From NCBI GenBank assembly GCA_964035545.1, contig OZ037772.1, forward strand, positions 8,177,150-8,241,149: DNA of 64,000 nucleotides. Direction: 5' to 3'. A model generated the notes under the pieces. The model did not search any database, had not been told where the DNA came from, and was given only the letters and a program-made list of their open reading frames with translations. Made by a program: the position numbers and the translations under genes. The stretch comes from Bugula neritina (taxonomy: Eukaryota; Animalia; Bryozoa). Below are positions 21,957 through 54,014 of this stretch, one piece after another (position 1 is the first letter of the stretch; each line of letters opens with the position of its first letter).

Positions 21957-24244
21957 TTAAAAAGGAATTGCTCTATATGTCTTACTTATTAATTATTTTG
22001 TAATAATTAACTTAGAGTTGTCTTACTTATACAAAAACTTAGCATATAAGTACTATTTTTAGACTGAGTAATGAAACAGAGCAGACCTCTGGCTAGACAG
22101 TGGTACAGAGCAATCAACTCATTCTTCTCTAGTAAATTGTTCAGAGTGCAGGCTACTTGCAGATGGTGTTCCCACAGAGTAGCTAAAGTTTCCACTCCAC
22201 ATGTCTTTAGGAAACAGGCTTTATGTGACAAGACATATGATGTGAGACTACTCAAATTATAGCTTCATTTCAAATCGTTATACAGCTTTTGATTTGGAAT
22301 TTTCAACTGCGTAATTGAAAAATTTGGCTTATTTCAATGGTTCTCTATCTAAAATATTATACGATAAAATCTCCATGTCAGAAGGTGCTGTACCCTATAG
22401 TGCACATTGGTTGAAAATACTAAAATTAAGCTAAGCTTTTGAGCTTTTAAAACTACTTTCGGTGCTGTTAGAGTTTTTGACAACAGACAGCTGAAAATTG
22501 GCCAGAGTTGGTCAAATGTTTAGCCCTTGTTCTTGCAGCAAGTTTTCAGACAAATTTTTGAAATCATAATATGGTGAGATTTAATGAAAATTCTAACACT
22601 TTTAAATGCTGTGGGTGAGGTGCTAAGACTACTGTAGTTGAATTAAGTTTAAACTTTACTGCAATAATTATTTTACTTTGATTATTATTAGATAAATATA
22701 GTTAAATTAATAATTGTAAACTAGTCGGATCTAAGGTTCAATGCTTACTGTTTGAATTTCTAATAATTGTATGTGATATTTCAATCAACCTTATATAAAT
22801 TTATTTGATTGATTAAATTAACCAAAGTTAGCTTAAGTCATTGACTAACTGACGTTGAAGTTTTTTTCGTTTAATTTACTTGATTTTTGTTTGGAGCATA
22901 ACTTGACTTGCTGTGATGTCATCTTCAGCTCTGTTTGCCATTAGCTAAAAGTTCCTAAACTATTCCTAAAAGTTGACAATTTTGTTAGAAACACATGGTT
23001 TGAATTACTGCAATTCATTGGATAAGTTCACTCAACACCAGAGGTAGCTTGTGTGTGCTGAGGCTACGTAGCATAGTGCCTGAGGCTAAATTGGTTGTGT
23101 AGACAACTACTCATGTGGCCAGTGTACTGAGAAACCGTGCTGATGTGCACAAATCGAAGATGCAAATACTGAAGTACAAAGTCAGACTAAATACTGACTT
23201 AGTAGTACTGAAGTATGTTAGCTTCAAAGTGTGCACCTCCTAAGATGACTTTAACACTGAGTTATGTAACATTATTTACACAGGTTTGAAGTCTTATACA
23301 TTCTCTTGAGTGGTTTCCTCAGCCCAGCATAAAGTTGTAAGATGACAAAATGTTGGTAACTCTACAGAAGCTTAGTCTCTTTATTAGTTGCTGTTAGCCA
23401 ACATTTACTTTCACTATCCATTATACTAACAATTTTCTGATATTTGTTTTAGAGTTTAGACCCACAAATATATTTAATTGATTTTAATTAGACCAGTTTA
23501 CTCATTCTTCTCGAATTTCTATAAGCTTCATAAGTCCTACAATAAATCCAGCTGTTTGCGCGGAGGGTTACTGGGAATATTTCTTTCTTAAATATTGGAG
23601 GCCATCACTGCAATGTAGAGTGAGAGAAAATAACTCCAAAATGTCATTAAGAGACTCGTGAAACATATTTCACTAATCAAAATTCAAAGTGAGAGGTTTA
23701 TGGCATAGTAAACCCACAAGCCTACTTTACATTATTGGCACTGGAAAGTTTGCACATTTCTCTTCCTGCTATCAATATTTCTATTACCTTATTATTGTTA
23801 TAACTTTCATCACTTTAACAATAGCTTACATCATGCCAAACTTCCTTAGACTGTGCCCTAACTTTACTAATCTGTGAACTTTCTTTAGACTGGGTACCAT
23901 AATATTATTCTTTGATTGTGTACCATAGTACTTTGGGTAATGTAGCTATTGAGAACTCTGGCCTGTTTTGTATAATTTGATACGCAATTCATGAATTATA
24001 TTTGTTTACATAAAATACTAAACTGTGAAATACCCGTTACTGTAACTACTGTTATACTCATTGTGTAAACTTGGTCTAGTGTAAAGTGTGTTAAACCTTT
24101 GATTTGCTAGTGCAATGTCCAAGCATTGATAAGCCAACAGTGGAATTTTTCTTATCTGAAAGAAAGTAAATATTTCAGGAGTCTAGCTTAAAGGGAGTAC
24201 CTTGTCTTCATGCCATTTACACGTGGGTACTTGCTACTGCTTGT

Positions 24245-24372
24245 CACATGCTCATGAGTTGTTGACAGGGCACCTCTTACTCATAGTAGTTGGGATAGAA
24301 GGGCACATGCTCATGTGTTTTTGACAGGACACCTCTTACTCATAGTAGTTGGGATACAGGGGCACCTGCTCA
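24245..24372. repeat. ~59-bp direct tandem duplication
   Basis: CACATGCTCATG...CACCTCTTACTCATAGTAGTTGGGATA occurs twice, just upstream of the FPGS ATG exon. Confidence 0.85.
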
Positions 24373-24446
24373 CCCATGTCATATGGCTAGTGAGTGGATA
24401 TATATGACAGGATCTTTTCTGAAATATTTCTCATCTTTTATTTAGT

Positions 24447-44241
<19,795 letters not shown>

Positions 44242-46560
44242 CGCTTAGACCTTAGTCTACGCTGTTACCAGGCAGTAACGCTGCTGCTAGATAATAAATG
44301 GTGCTGACATTATTATTCTACGCAGGATATCTGTACATCATATTGTTGATTACTATTATTCTATTTTCTTATATTTCATATCAGAGTTTTGGTTGCAATT
44401 TACAATATAAAATTGAGTACTTTTGTAATACATTTGAGCAGCTCCAGTTTATTTATATATATCAAATTAGCATCTAGTTAGAGTTGTTTGTCCATTACCC
44501 GTTGTTTTCCGTGTACCTTTTGCTGATTGGTGTATACTTCTGTACTCAACCTGTTTTATTCTAATATATTCTTATATTATATATACAGAGTGATTTCTGC
44601 CTTCTCCCTGGAATACAACGCATACACTCATTGCTTGTATATTTACTGGTAACTATAGTAACAACCTGTTTACAATGATGTCATATTCCGTTGTCGCACT
44701 GCTCTTGGAAGGTCATTCGTCAAATTATTTTACTTTCTGAATGCATGCCTGTTAGTTTGGCACACCCTAAATGTTGGATGACATAACCTTTGACCTCTGC
44801 TGTCTCAACCAGACCTCCTGTAGAGTAGGTGCACCATTCTGTCTCACCATCAAGTGCACCACTCTCTGTCTTGTGGGTTGTTCTATCTGTAGCTCTGAGT
44901 GTAGGGTGACTTGGAGATGTTTTCCCAAAATGCTTCAGTCTTTAATGGATAAATTTTTGTAGCTCAAGTTATTTAATTTTCCTAATGTGTTTTGGTTTTG
45001 GGCCCCAGGTAGAAATTATGTGGAGAATATGACCTCTCTGGGTACATTTCTAATCTTGTACACAGGCTTTTCTCATTTTCCCAATTACAGCAACTACTCT
45101 TTTAACTTGAAATGTGGGCATAACCATAGGTATGCATATAATTATAATATTATAAATACAATAACTGTATCACTTCAAATTTATTCTTGAGTGTTGAAAT
45201 TTCTTTGTTTGCTGAGCACCACAAATAAGTGACACACCCCTCAGGGTATGACCAGTTTTTTTCCTATGCCTAATAGTTCAACAAAAAGTAAATTTTACTC
45301 TTGATTTATATATAGCATGGTGATTTCATTTGTTTTCTCACTCTCCGTGCTTAAGCCAGCTTAGTGATCAGTTTGCGCGTTGCAGCAGCTAAGAATAGCG
45401 TGTCACGAAAATCAGTAAGTACAATTACTATTAATTTTATTACCACTGGCTTCAGAAGCTACTGGAGACATCATCAGCAAAAAATCAGAAATACCAAATT
45501 AATTCAAGACGCAAGTGCACAAAATTTATTACAGTGCAAAATAGGTGAGCCTACAACCCTTAGCAGTGTGAAGATGGTAGCTATGAATATTTCAATACCA
45601 CATAAATTTATAAGGAAATCAGGAAATGCATAATAATTAATATTTATTTTTATTCTATCATATAATAGCCCATCGGCCATCAAATGTGCTTTCATAGTGC
45701 CAATAATGCCTGCATTAGCATACTAATTTAAAGAGCAATGTGAAGAATGCGTAGATGAGTATGGCTACTCATTGTTGGGTGCTTTATTCATGATGGATAG
45801 TCAACATTTCAGGTAAATATTCCCATCTCTAGTAATAATATTATATTCCATTTATTACTATCAGTTCTGTATTTACTGCACTCATTTACCCTAATAAATA
45901 CATCTCCGAGATATTACTACCCTATCTTCTGTCAATATTTAATATTTGAATTAGGTTTTAAGGTTATAGATATTGACTTTTTTCAACTACAGGTCCAGTT
46001 TTCTTGTATAAACAGTCAGTCCATGTCATTTTAGCATGTACTTTAAGTGCCTCTTACTATTTCTATGCTTTAGATTCTAACAATAAAGTTAGTTTAGAAT
46101 ATTGTATAGTGAACTGATTTTATCACCTATTATAATATTTTAAGCAGACATTTTTTTCCAAGTAAATGAAGTACGTACTCCCAAAATGTCTCTAAAATAT
46201 TTTCTGAATTTTTCTAAAATCTACCTCAGGGTCCTCTCTAAGTTAAAAACTTTTAAGTAGGAAGATGGAATTTGAACAATAATTTAAATCAATTATCAAA
46301 TTATGACAGGGTGTGAGACGCTAAACACCTAATGGGAGAGCTCTATGTCTAACTTAGCTCTGGTATTGATACTGTAACTCTGTGTATAGTATACAGTCAT
46401 ATAGTACACAGTGGTATAATACATAGCGGTGTAAGGCCTACAGTATACTATGAGTATGTGTAAAGCATATATGCAATGGTGTAATACACGCTGATGTAGT
46501 AAACGTGGTATATTACACTGCCATATTGTACATAGAGATATGAGATGTATATATTACGTA

Positions 46561-46870
46561 GAGAGCAGCCTGGTCTAGGGGTTAGAACACTGGCCTAGTA
46601 AACACCAAGTCATGGGTTCAATCTCCAGTAAAGGCCATTGGTGATGTTAGGAAGAGCATTCAGTCATAATTGCTCCTGTGCCTCATTTATATAAGTCCTT
46701 AGCCCGATTTAACAAAAAACCCTTTCTATCAGGGGTTTCTCACAGAGATTAAACTTGAGTGAGTTTTTTAATAGGGTTTGAACATGAATAAGTCCTTAGG
46801 CTGCTTTGAAACATCCTTTCCATCAGGGATTCTCACAGAGATAGTGACTATAAACTTGCGTGAGTTTGTT
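46561..46870 (+). mobile_element. tRNA-derived SINE, the most complete copy, with duplicated tail
   Basis: A-box-like TGGTCTAGGGGTTAG, B-box GGTTCAATCTCC, core GGTGATGTTAGGAAGAGCATTCAGTCATAATTGCT, tail AAACTTGAGTGAGTTTTTT. Five copies occur in the window. Confidence 0.82.
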
Positions 46871-47092
46871 ATAAGATGTAGATATGTATTGTATGCATGT
46901 ATAGTGGTATAATATAGGATGGGATAATACTAAAACTCTGTGTGTAACCTCATGAGTTGGTTGACGTACCTAAATACTAAAAGCATGGCCACAGGGAATA
47001 ACTTCTCAATCTTCTCAGTTTCATTTTACAGAACAGCATTCAAGTTTCCTAGCTGAGCATTTCCTGTCAAACAGCTTCTAGAACAGTCTGCG

Positions 47093-48708
47093 ATGTCACT
47101 TCCACGAAGCAGACAGGCGTCTGCTGGGGACAACCTCACTGTGGGTGGTCTGGACTTGGAATCGTGGCAGGTGGTCATCTGGGTGCTAGCTGGTGCTGTC
47201 GGGTGTGGTGTGCTCTTGGCTCTCATGGCAGCGTATGTTAACTGTAAGTATGTCAATGTAAATATGTTAACTGTAAGTATGTCAACTGTAAGTATGTTAG
47301 CTGTAAGTATGTTAACTGTAAGTAATATAAATATATTAACTGTAAGTATGTTGACTGTAAGTATGTCAATGTAAGTATGTCAACTGTAAGTATGTTAACT
47401 GTAAGTATGTCAATGTAAGTATGTTAGCTGTAAATATGTTAACTGTAAGTATGTCAACTGTAAGTATGTTAACTGTAAGTATGTCAACTGTAAGTATGTT
47501 AACTGTAAGTATGTCAATGTAAGTGTGTCAATGTAAGTATGTTAACTGTAAGTATGTTAACTGTAAGTATGTCAACTGTAAGTATGTCGACTGTAAGTAT
47601 GTCAACTGTAAGTATGTCAACTGTAAGTATGTCAACTGTAAGTATGTCAACTGTAAGTATGTCAACTGTAAGTATGTCAACTGTAAGTATGTTAACTGTA
47701 AGTATGTTAACTGTAAGCATGCTGACTGTAAGTATATCAACTGTAAGTATGTCAACTGTAAGTATGTCAACTGTAAGTATGTTAACTGTAAGTATGTCAA
47801 CTGTAAGTATGTGAGTGAGTTGTTGACTTGTAGGTTAGTAATGAGTATTTGCTAATGAAATTTAGAAATATTGTCTGAATTATGTTGCCATGCAACCATT
47901 CTGTAGAGTTAAAACTGTTATCTACATGCATTGAATGATACCTCATAGTATCATAACTTAGTATAAAATACAGTGGTGTAATGTAGAGTAGTGTAGTATG
48001 CAGTAGTATACACAGCAGTGTAATTATGTAGCATATGATGGTTTATTATCGACATACATATTTAATGTATTATATGACTCAGTAGTGTAATACAAGGTGA
48101 TGTAATACAAAGTGATGTAGTGACAAAATTTAGAAATTAAAATTTAAAATATTAAATTTAAAATTTAATTTTTAATTTTAAAGAATTCAATTTAAGGAAA
48201 TTTAAAATGAGGTTTAAAATTTCAGTCAGACGTGAAAGGCAGCAAGTGCAGCCGACATACACCAAGTCCTCCGTGGCCATCCAGAGAGAGCGTCTCATCT
48301 CTACTGTCAAAGACTTTGAGTTCCTGCAGAGTGTGAAAGAGCATCAGCGGAGGAGATCCACTGTCTACCAGAAGTTTCTGGCCAGTCAGCGTAAGGTTAG
48401 AAGGTTTGCCCTGGCCGGCACGTCCATGATGGCTGAGGTACACTTCCTGTATAGCCTATTCTCCGCCCCTAATACTCCATAATCTCTACTTGGGCTATGC
48501 TCTGTGTTTCACGCTATGTGTTCTAATTTACTTTTTACAATATAGAGTTTACATTCATACACTTTCAACTTTATACTCTGCACTCTACACCACATGTCTT
48601 ATATACTCAACACGCACGCGCACGCACGCACGCACACGCACGCACACACACACACACACACACGCACACACACGCACACACACACACGCACACACACATA
48701 CACACACG

Positions 48709-48740
<32 letters not shown>

Positions 48741-49838
48741 CACACACACGCACACACACACACACGCACACACACACACACACACGCACACACACACACA
48801 CACACACACGCACACATAGCTCACATGGAGTCAGACAACTCCACATGCTATAAATAGCACCTGCCTATATAAACACATTCTGTATATTATATAACTATCT
48901 CTTACTTTATCTGCTGGTAGTTTGGATCAATGTTGGATAACTCAGCCATGGGCTCCATGAGATCCGGTGTCTCCCAGGCCTCCACTCCTGACGGCACAGA
49001 ACTAGCATTGAGTGCATCAGAACAAACAGGAAGTGAGAGTTTTGACGAAGTGGACTCGCTACAAGTAGAGGTAATTTATCACTAGCTATATATGTATAGT
49101 GTTAGACACAACACTCACTGTAATATTGGTTGTACAAGTTGGTTTTGTATTGTTTATAGCTAATTGCAATTTGATATAAACATGTATTACTGATAGCTTG
49201 GTTTTAACCAACTCCCTGTATTGCTAAGTGAGTTGGTGCTGTAAGAGGACGACCCTTAACATCAGCATGTTAGTTTCTTTAAACTATTAGTCTAGGTTCT
49301 TACAAATACATACATAGCCTCAATGAAGAACAACTATAAATGGGTTGGGGGTCCTCAGTCCAACTCCACTATATTAGTCGATATGGTAGCATTGATGAAT
49401 TATCCAATGATATCAGTGTCGACCTTGTAACAGGAAATCACAGGACTGCAGCTAATAGATGGGAGATTTGTTTTTTCTCAGCTTTTAGCTTTGAGACTGC
49501 AAACCAACTTTAGGGTAGCAATAACTTTTGACTAGTTTATATGCTGTGTGCAATACTATATGTCAGCTATACCTATATTGTATGTCATGTAACTTTATAT
49601 TGTCTAATAATACATTGTACTATAAATATATATTGTGGATCTAAAACATTATAATTATATAATAGAATATTATATATAAACTATATTATTATATAACCTA
49701 CATTATTATATAAACTATGCTATTATATATACCATAATATTACGTCATGTCTTATAGCTGGGAGAGTTTGATTCTGACAACGACTCTGTAAGGTCTGGTG
49801 TATCATATATCCACACACCAGTTGGAAGCCTCCAGTAA
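47093..49838 (+). CDS. Small single-pass membrane protein of unknown function (~197 aa)
   Basis: Exons 47093-47243, 48226-48437, 48921-49070, 49758-49838(TAA) total 594 nt in frame. TM WQVVIWVLAGAVGCGVLLALMAAYV is followed by basic FRRER and an acidic Ser-rich tail. There is an in-frame stop upstream of the ATG. Confidence 0.72.
47234..47812 (+). repeat. 15-bp (some 14-bp) array spanning a splice donor (TATGTYAACT|GTAAG)n
   Basis: ~38 copies; the unit is the last 10 exon nt plus the first 5 intron nt. Confidence 0.96.
48610..48816. repeat. (CA)n/(CACG)n microsatellite
   Basis: Direct inspection. Confidence 0.97.
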
Positions 49839-50684
49839 CCACCCTCACATGCTTTCATTTCATGCGCCTGGACCTCAGTCTTTCACTCATTATCACGAGT
49901 AGCCCTAAGGTCACCCTCACTGTCTCCAGAACTCTGGCTATTATATGCACTCTCTCTCTCTCTGAGTTGGTTTATTGTACTCTGATTCTGTTACTCTTTG
50001 AGCAATACACGATATTATATCACATTATATACTCGTGTCTAATTCGCTTCCTATTATAAATATAGTGTTTTTTTCACTTCACCTCGTAACAGTTTCAACT
50101 CTCTCACCAACCTACCAGCTCTTCAACGGCGTCTATTCATTTCTAACAACTCTTTAAATGTCAACATTTAGTTAATTTTATTTGGGAAAAAGTTTATATC
50201 ACTTTCAACACTGTACTTATTTTCTCTACAATAATGTTCTCTTGAAGTGCGCGCTTAGTATTTAGAGAGCTGGCTAAGTATGAGGTCAAGTCCCGATAAC
50301 TGGTGGTGTCAGCAAAAACGGCTGATAATAATTGTTTTGGGGCCACAAAAATACCTCAAACCATGTGGTCAGCATGGTGAGAGACACAGTCTGTAGCCTG
50401 CTTTACAACCCTTGTCACCAGGGGTTATCACCTGGATGAAGACTTCAAGCAAAAGGGAGTTATCAAGGAAAATTGCTTGAAGCAGCACCTAGTTGGTGTT
50501 CAATGAGTGCACTGTTCACCCGACATTATGTATCAATATTATAGAGTACACTGTACTCAGTCACCTCCAACTCGGTGCTGCTTTTAGCGATATTCAGATA
50601 TTTATGTAAATGCCAGAATATTCAATATATTATAATAATAATCATAACAGCTGTGTGGTTATGCTTTGTTAACTTCATAGATTA

Positions 50685-50890
50685 TAAAACCCTGGTGGAA
50701 GGAGTTTTTTGTTAAACCCGGCTAATTAGACTTATTCTGATGGGACACAGGAGTAATTATAACTGGATGCTCTTTTTAACATCACCAATGACCTTTTTAG
50801 GAGTTCAAACCTATTACTTCGTGCTTACCTACTAGGCAAACACTCTAAAGCCTAATCACTGGGGCCTAGAGTCCTAGACCGTGGTTGCTC
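50685..50890 (-). mobile_element. tRNA-derived SINE copy
   Basis: Reverse complement of the core (AATTATAACTGGATGCTCTTTTTAACATCACCAATG) and of the tRNA-like head. Confidence 0.72.
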
Positions 50891-51183
50891 CTTATAGAAT
50901 ATAGATTATAAAAATGGATGTTGTTACTTGATTGTAACCTTTAACGTCATGACCTACTTTCACGGTTCAATGGTTCTTTATCAATTTTGTGCAAGTTACT
51001 GTTTCTATAAATACCGGCCACCACAGGACCACAGGGGTAAAAAGTGACCAAGGTGACTACTGTTTCTATAAATAGTCCATTACTTGCTGCATAGTGTGGT
51101 ATGTTGGTGAATAAAACAACAAAATCTCAACTAACATGCAAGTTATATGGGATAGGTTTGTAACTTCAAGTAAGGAGCATATA

Positions 51184-51997
51184 GCAACCTGTATAGACAT
51201 TGAATACTTATCTTGTCTCCCAGCTCCATGAAAGCCATTAAACTTATTTCAAACAACTCAAGCCAATGGCAAGCTGGTAGATAAACTTTGTAAATAAAGG
51301 TGAGTGGGTAAACTGATAATATGCATAATGTGGCAGGGGATATTTTAGCCTTGCTTTAAAAATATGTCTAGTGCAGCCTGTATACTGTAGTAGCATGCAT
51401 ACTGTAGTATTTATACTGTAGTATGTATACTGTAGTATGTATACTGTAGTAATATGTATACTGTAGTAGCATGTATACTGTATATTACTGCAGTATACAC
51501 ATTACTACAGTATGCATACATATTACAGTATAATTACAAATCACGGTATACCTATTACTGTATACACGCTACAGTATCTGTACTACAAAATAATATATAC
51601 TTCAGTATACACACTTCAGTATACACACTTCAGTATACACACTACAGTATACAGTTTACACACTACGTTCCACAGCATGCAAACTACAGCAAACTAAATG
51701 CCCTAAGCGTAATGAAAACTAGAGTAGACACAATATTATGATGGCAATATAGTTGAATGCTACAGTATAGTTATGTACTACACTAAACATCATATTTTGA
51801 AAGTGAGGCTCTGTTTATATGCTGCAACTACAGATAATAGGTATAGTCTGCCATATGCTTTATCAGTTTACCCACTCAACTCTATTTATACAAAGTTTAT
51901 CTATAGGCTTGGCATTGGCTTAGGTTGTTTCAAATTATAAGTTTAATAGCTTTCATGGAGCTGGGAGGCAAGATAAGCATTCAATATCTACAGGTTG
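51184..51997. mobile_element. Foldback/MITE with ~150-bp imperfect TIRs
   Basis: CAACCTGTA...CTCCCAGCTCCATGAAAGC...GAGTGGGTAAACTGATAA (51184-51337) is the reverse complement of 51848-51997. Confidence 0.85.
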
Positions 51998-52316
51998 TTC
52001 GTAGAGTAACATAGAAGAGAAATTGTAGTGCAGTGTTGGCAGAGTATTTTACTAGCTGAAGCGAACTGCAACCTTGAAAGAGATCTACAGATTACAGCAG
52101 GACCGTTAGCAGTTGCCACCAGCTCTAATAAAGTAAGTTCCATTTGTACTGAAAAGTTGTGTGTAGAAATAGTACAGAGAGCAGAGTAGATTTACATTGA
52201 ATGTGTGTGTCTTTACTTTCCCATCACTCATTTATAAATAATTTGGTAGATGAAAATATTCACACTCGTGACTCTCTAATACATTTCAGCACAGATGCTG
52301 ACCCACCATGCTGTTA

Positions 52317-52606
52317 GGTAAAACCGGCACCAGTAAAAACAGCGCAGGTAAAAATGGCACACTGATGCTAAATTTTACCAAACCCCCAACTCTTAAACCT
52401 CAATCCCAAACTCAGACCCCATCCCCAAATCTAACCCCCTAATTGAAACCCCCCAACCACCACCCTAAACCTTAACATTGAAAATTCGCCATTTTCACCT
52501 ACTTTTCCATTTGTGCCATTATTACCTGTGCCATTATTACCTGCGCCATTTTTACCTGTGCCATTTTTACGGTGCCATTTTTACCTGTGCTGTTTTTACC
52601 GGACAC
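52317..52606. mobile_element. Foldback-type element with inverted arrays of a ~15-bp unit (GGTAAAAATGGCACA) around an AACCC-rich core
   Basis: Same layout at 56541-56887, 59602-59711 and 4030-4150. It resembles Helentron-associated non-autonomous elements (classification is inference). Confidence 0.7.
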
Positions 52607-52609
52607 TAA

Positions 52610-52916
52610 GCCTAGGGCCACACTGTGCGTATTTTCACATGCGAACATTTAAACCACAAGTAGCAAAGGTGTCCACTGTATGCGTTGAGAAAACATTCGC
52701 ACTTGTTGTTCAGCATTCTGAACGCAAGTGCGAATCGTCTCTGTCGGCGTCACCTAATTTGCTGGTAGTTATTTAGCGAGCCCATTTTTTAATTTAGTGC
52801 TACATTCCAGTAAATTGCGTTTTATTGAAAGCGAGTGCGATTTAAAAATGAAAGCTTTATTTATCACGCATCACTAACGCTACAGTGGACACCTTTACTA
52901 CAGTGTGGCCCTAGGC
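52610..52916. mobile_element. PIF/Harbinger-type MITE with an internal second inverted-repeat pair
   Basis: TIR GCCTAGGGCCACACTG / CAGTGTGGCCCTAGGC flanked by TAA / TAA. Inner pair AAAGGTGTCCACTGTA / TACAGTGGACACCTTT at 52665-52896. Confidence 0.82.
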
Positions 52917-54014
52917 TAAGCCACTATCATCAGACCTTGTCAGATAGCGGTTGTCAGCAGTTGTGTTTGATTTCTCATACAAACTGCACCTTAATATAAA
53001 GACTTGTCAAGTGTATTCTCTGTAGACTAAATTGAAAATATAATATTGCACAAGTTTACTCCAGTAGTAGGCTACTGCAATAGAACAAAAAGTTATTAAA
53101 TTACTTACCCTCATCGTGCTAAAAGCTTAATTAATTGTGACCATAAATATAGTGTAAATGCATTAACAACTCAATCAATGGCTACAGCAAAATATTGCTT
53201 TGCCAGGTTCTGTGCTGCATTGACTAGCACTAAAACCATCAAGAATAGCTGTTGTCTCTCAGGTCAACAAAGTAGTTGACAACGTTTCTTTGACCACCAC
53301 AGTCTTACAGTTGAAATCAAGAACTCCATAGATAGTGTTTTGTATTGACACATTGCCTCACTTCTTCTATGTCACACTCTCTCTTTGCTTATTACTTCTT
53401 GTCATGTGACTTCCTCCCTTTCTGTCATAAACTGTCTTGCAACTAAGATATTCCTAAACTTTGACTAGCTCTCACACAACCTTTTATTATTCTAGTATTT
53501 TTATTGTAGGTACTTGTGTACTAATGGGTGGGTTTTGTCTCAACAACAGCACATGAAAAGCAGTCATTTCTTGAGACAGTTTGCTCTCTGATGTACTAAT
53601 GTTGAAGGTGTGTGCTAAATTTTCTAATAAGAACACTCATTTTTAAACTGGCACCCATACTCTACGGAAATAAAAGGACATGCAATGTAATTTAGGGAGC
53701 AAATTCAAATTGCAAATTTCAGGGCATTTATGGAGCTAAAACTCTGCCAATTTAATGTTAGCAGCTTAGTTTACTTCACTCTGTCTATCTAAATTAATTT
53801 TTTTAATTCACGGTCAATAGTTAGCTGGGAGGTTTGTCGTTTAGAAGATCAGTAGATTTTTCATTTGACAGAAAACTAAAGCAAAAGTTAAAAAAATCTT
53901 GCTATGCATCTCAGGAGTATTTTAAATTGTTCTTGTAGTACCTCAATTGAGCCTCATGCTTTAGAAAAGAAGTGACCATCTTATTCAACACATGAGTAAA
54001 CTCACACAAAGCTG

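Noticed and set aside
46561-46635. tRNA gene
   Set aside because: It has A/B boxes but no complete cloverleaf, and continues into a dispersed core and tail, so it is a SINE head.
48490-48857. HTHT / CVCV ORFs
   Set aside because: (CA)n microsatellite.
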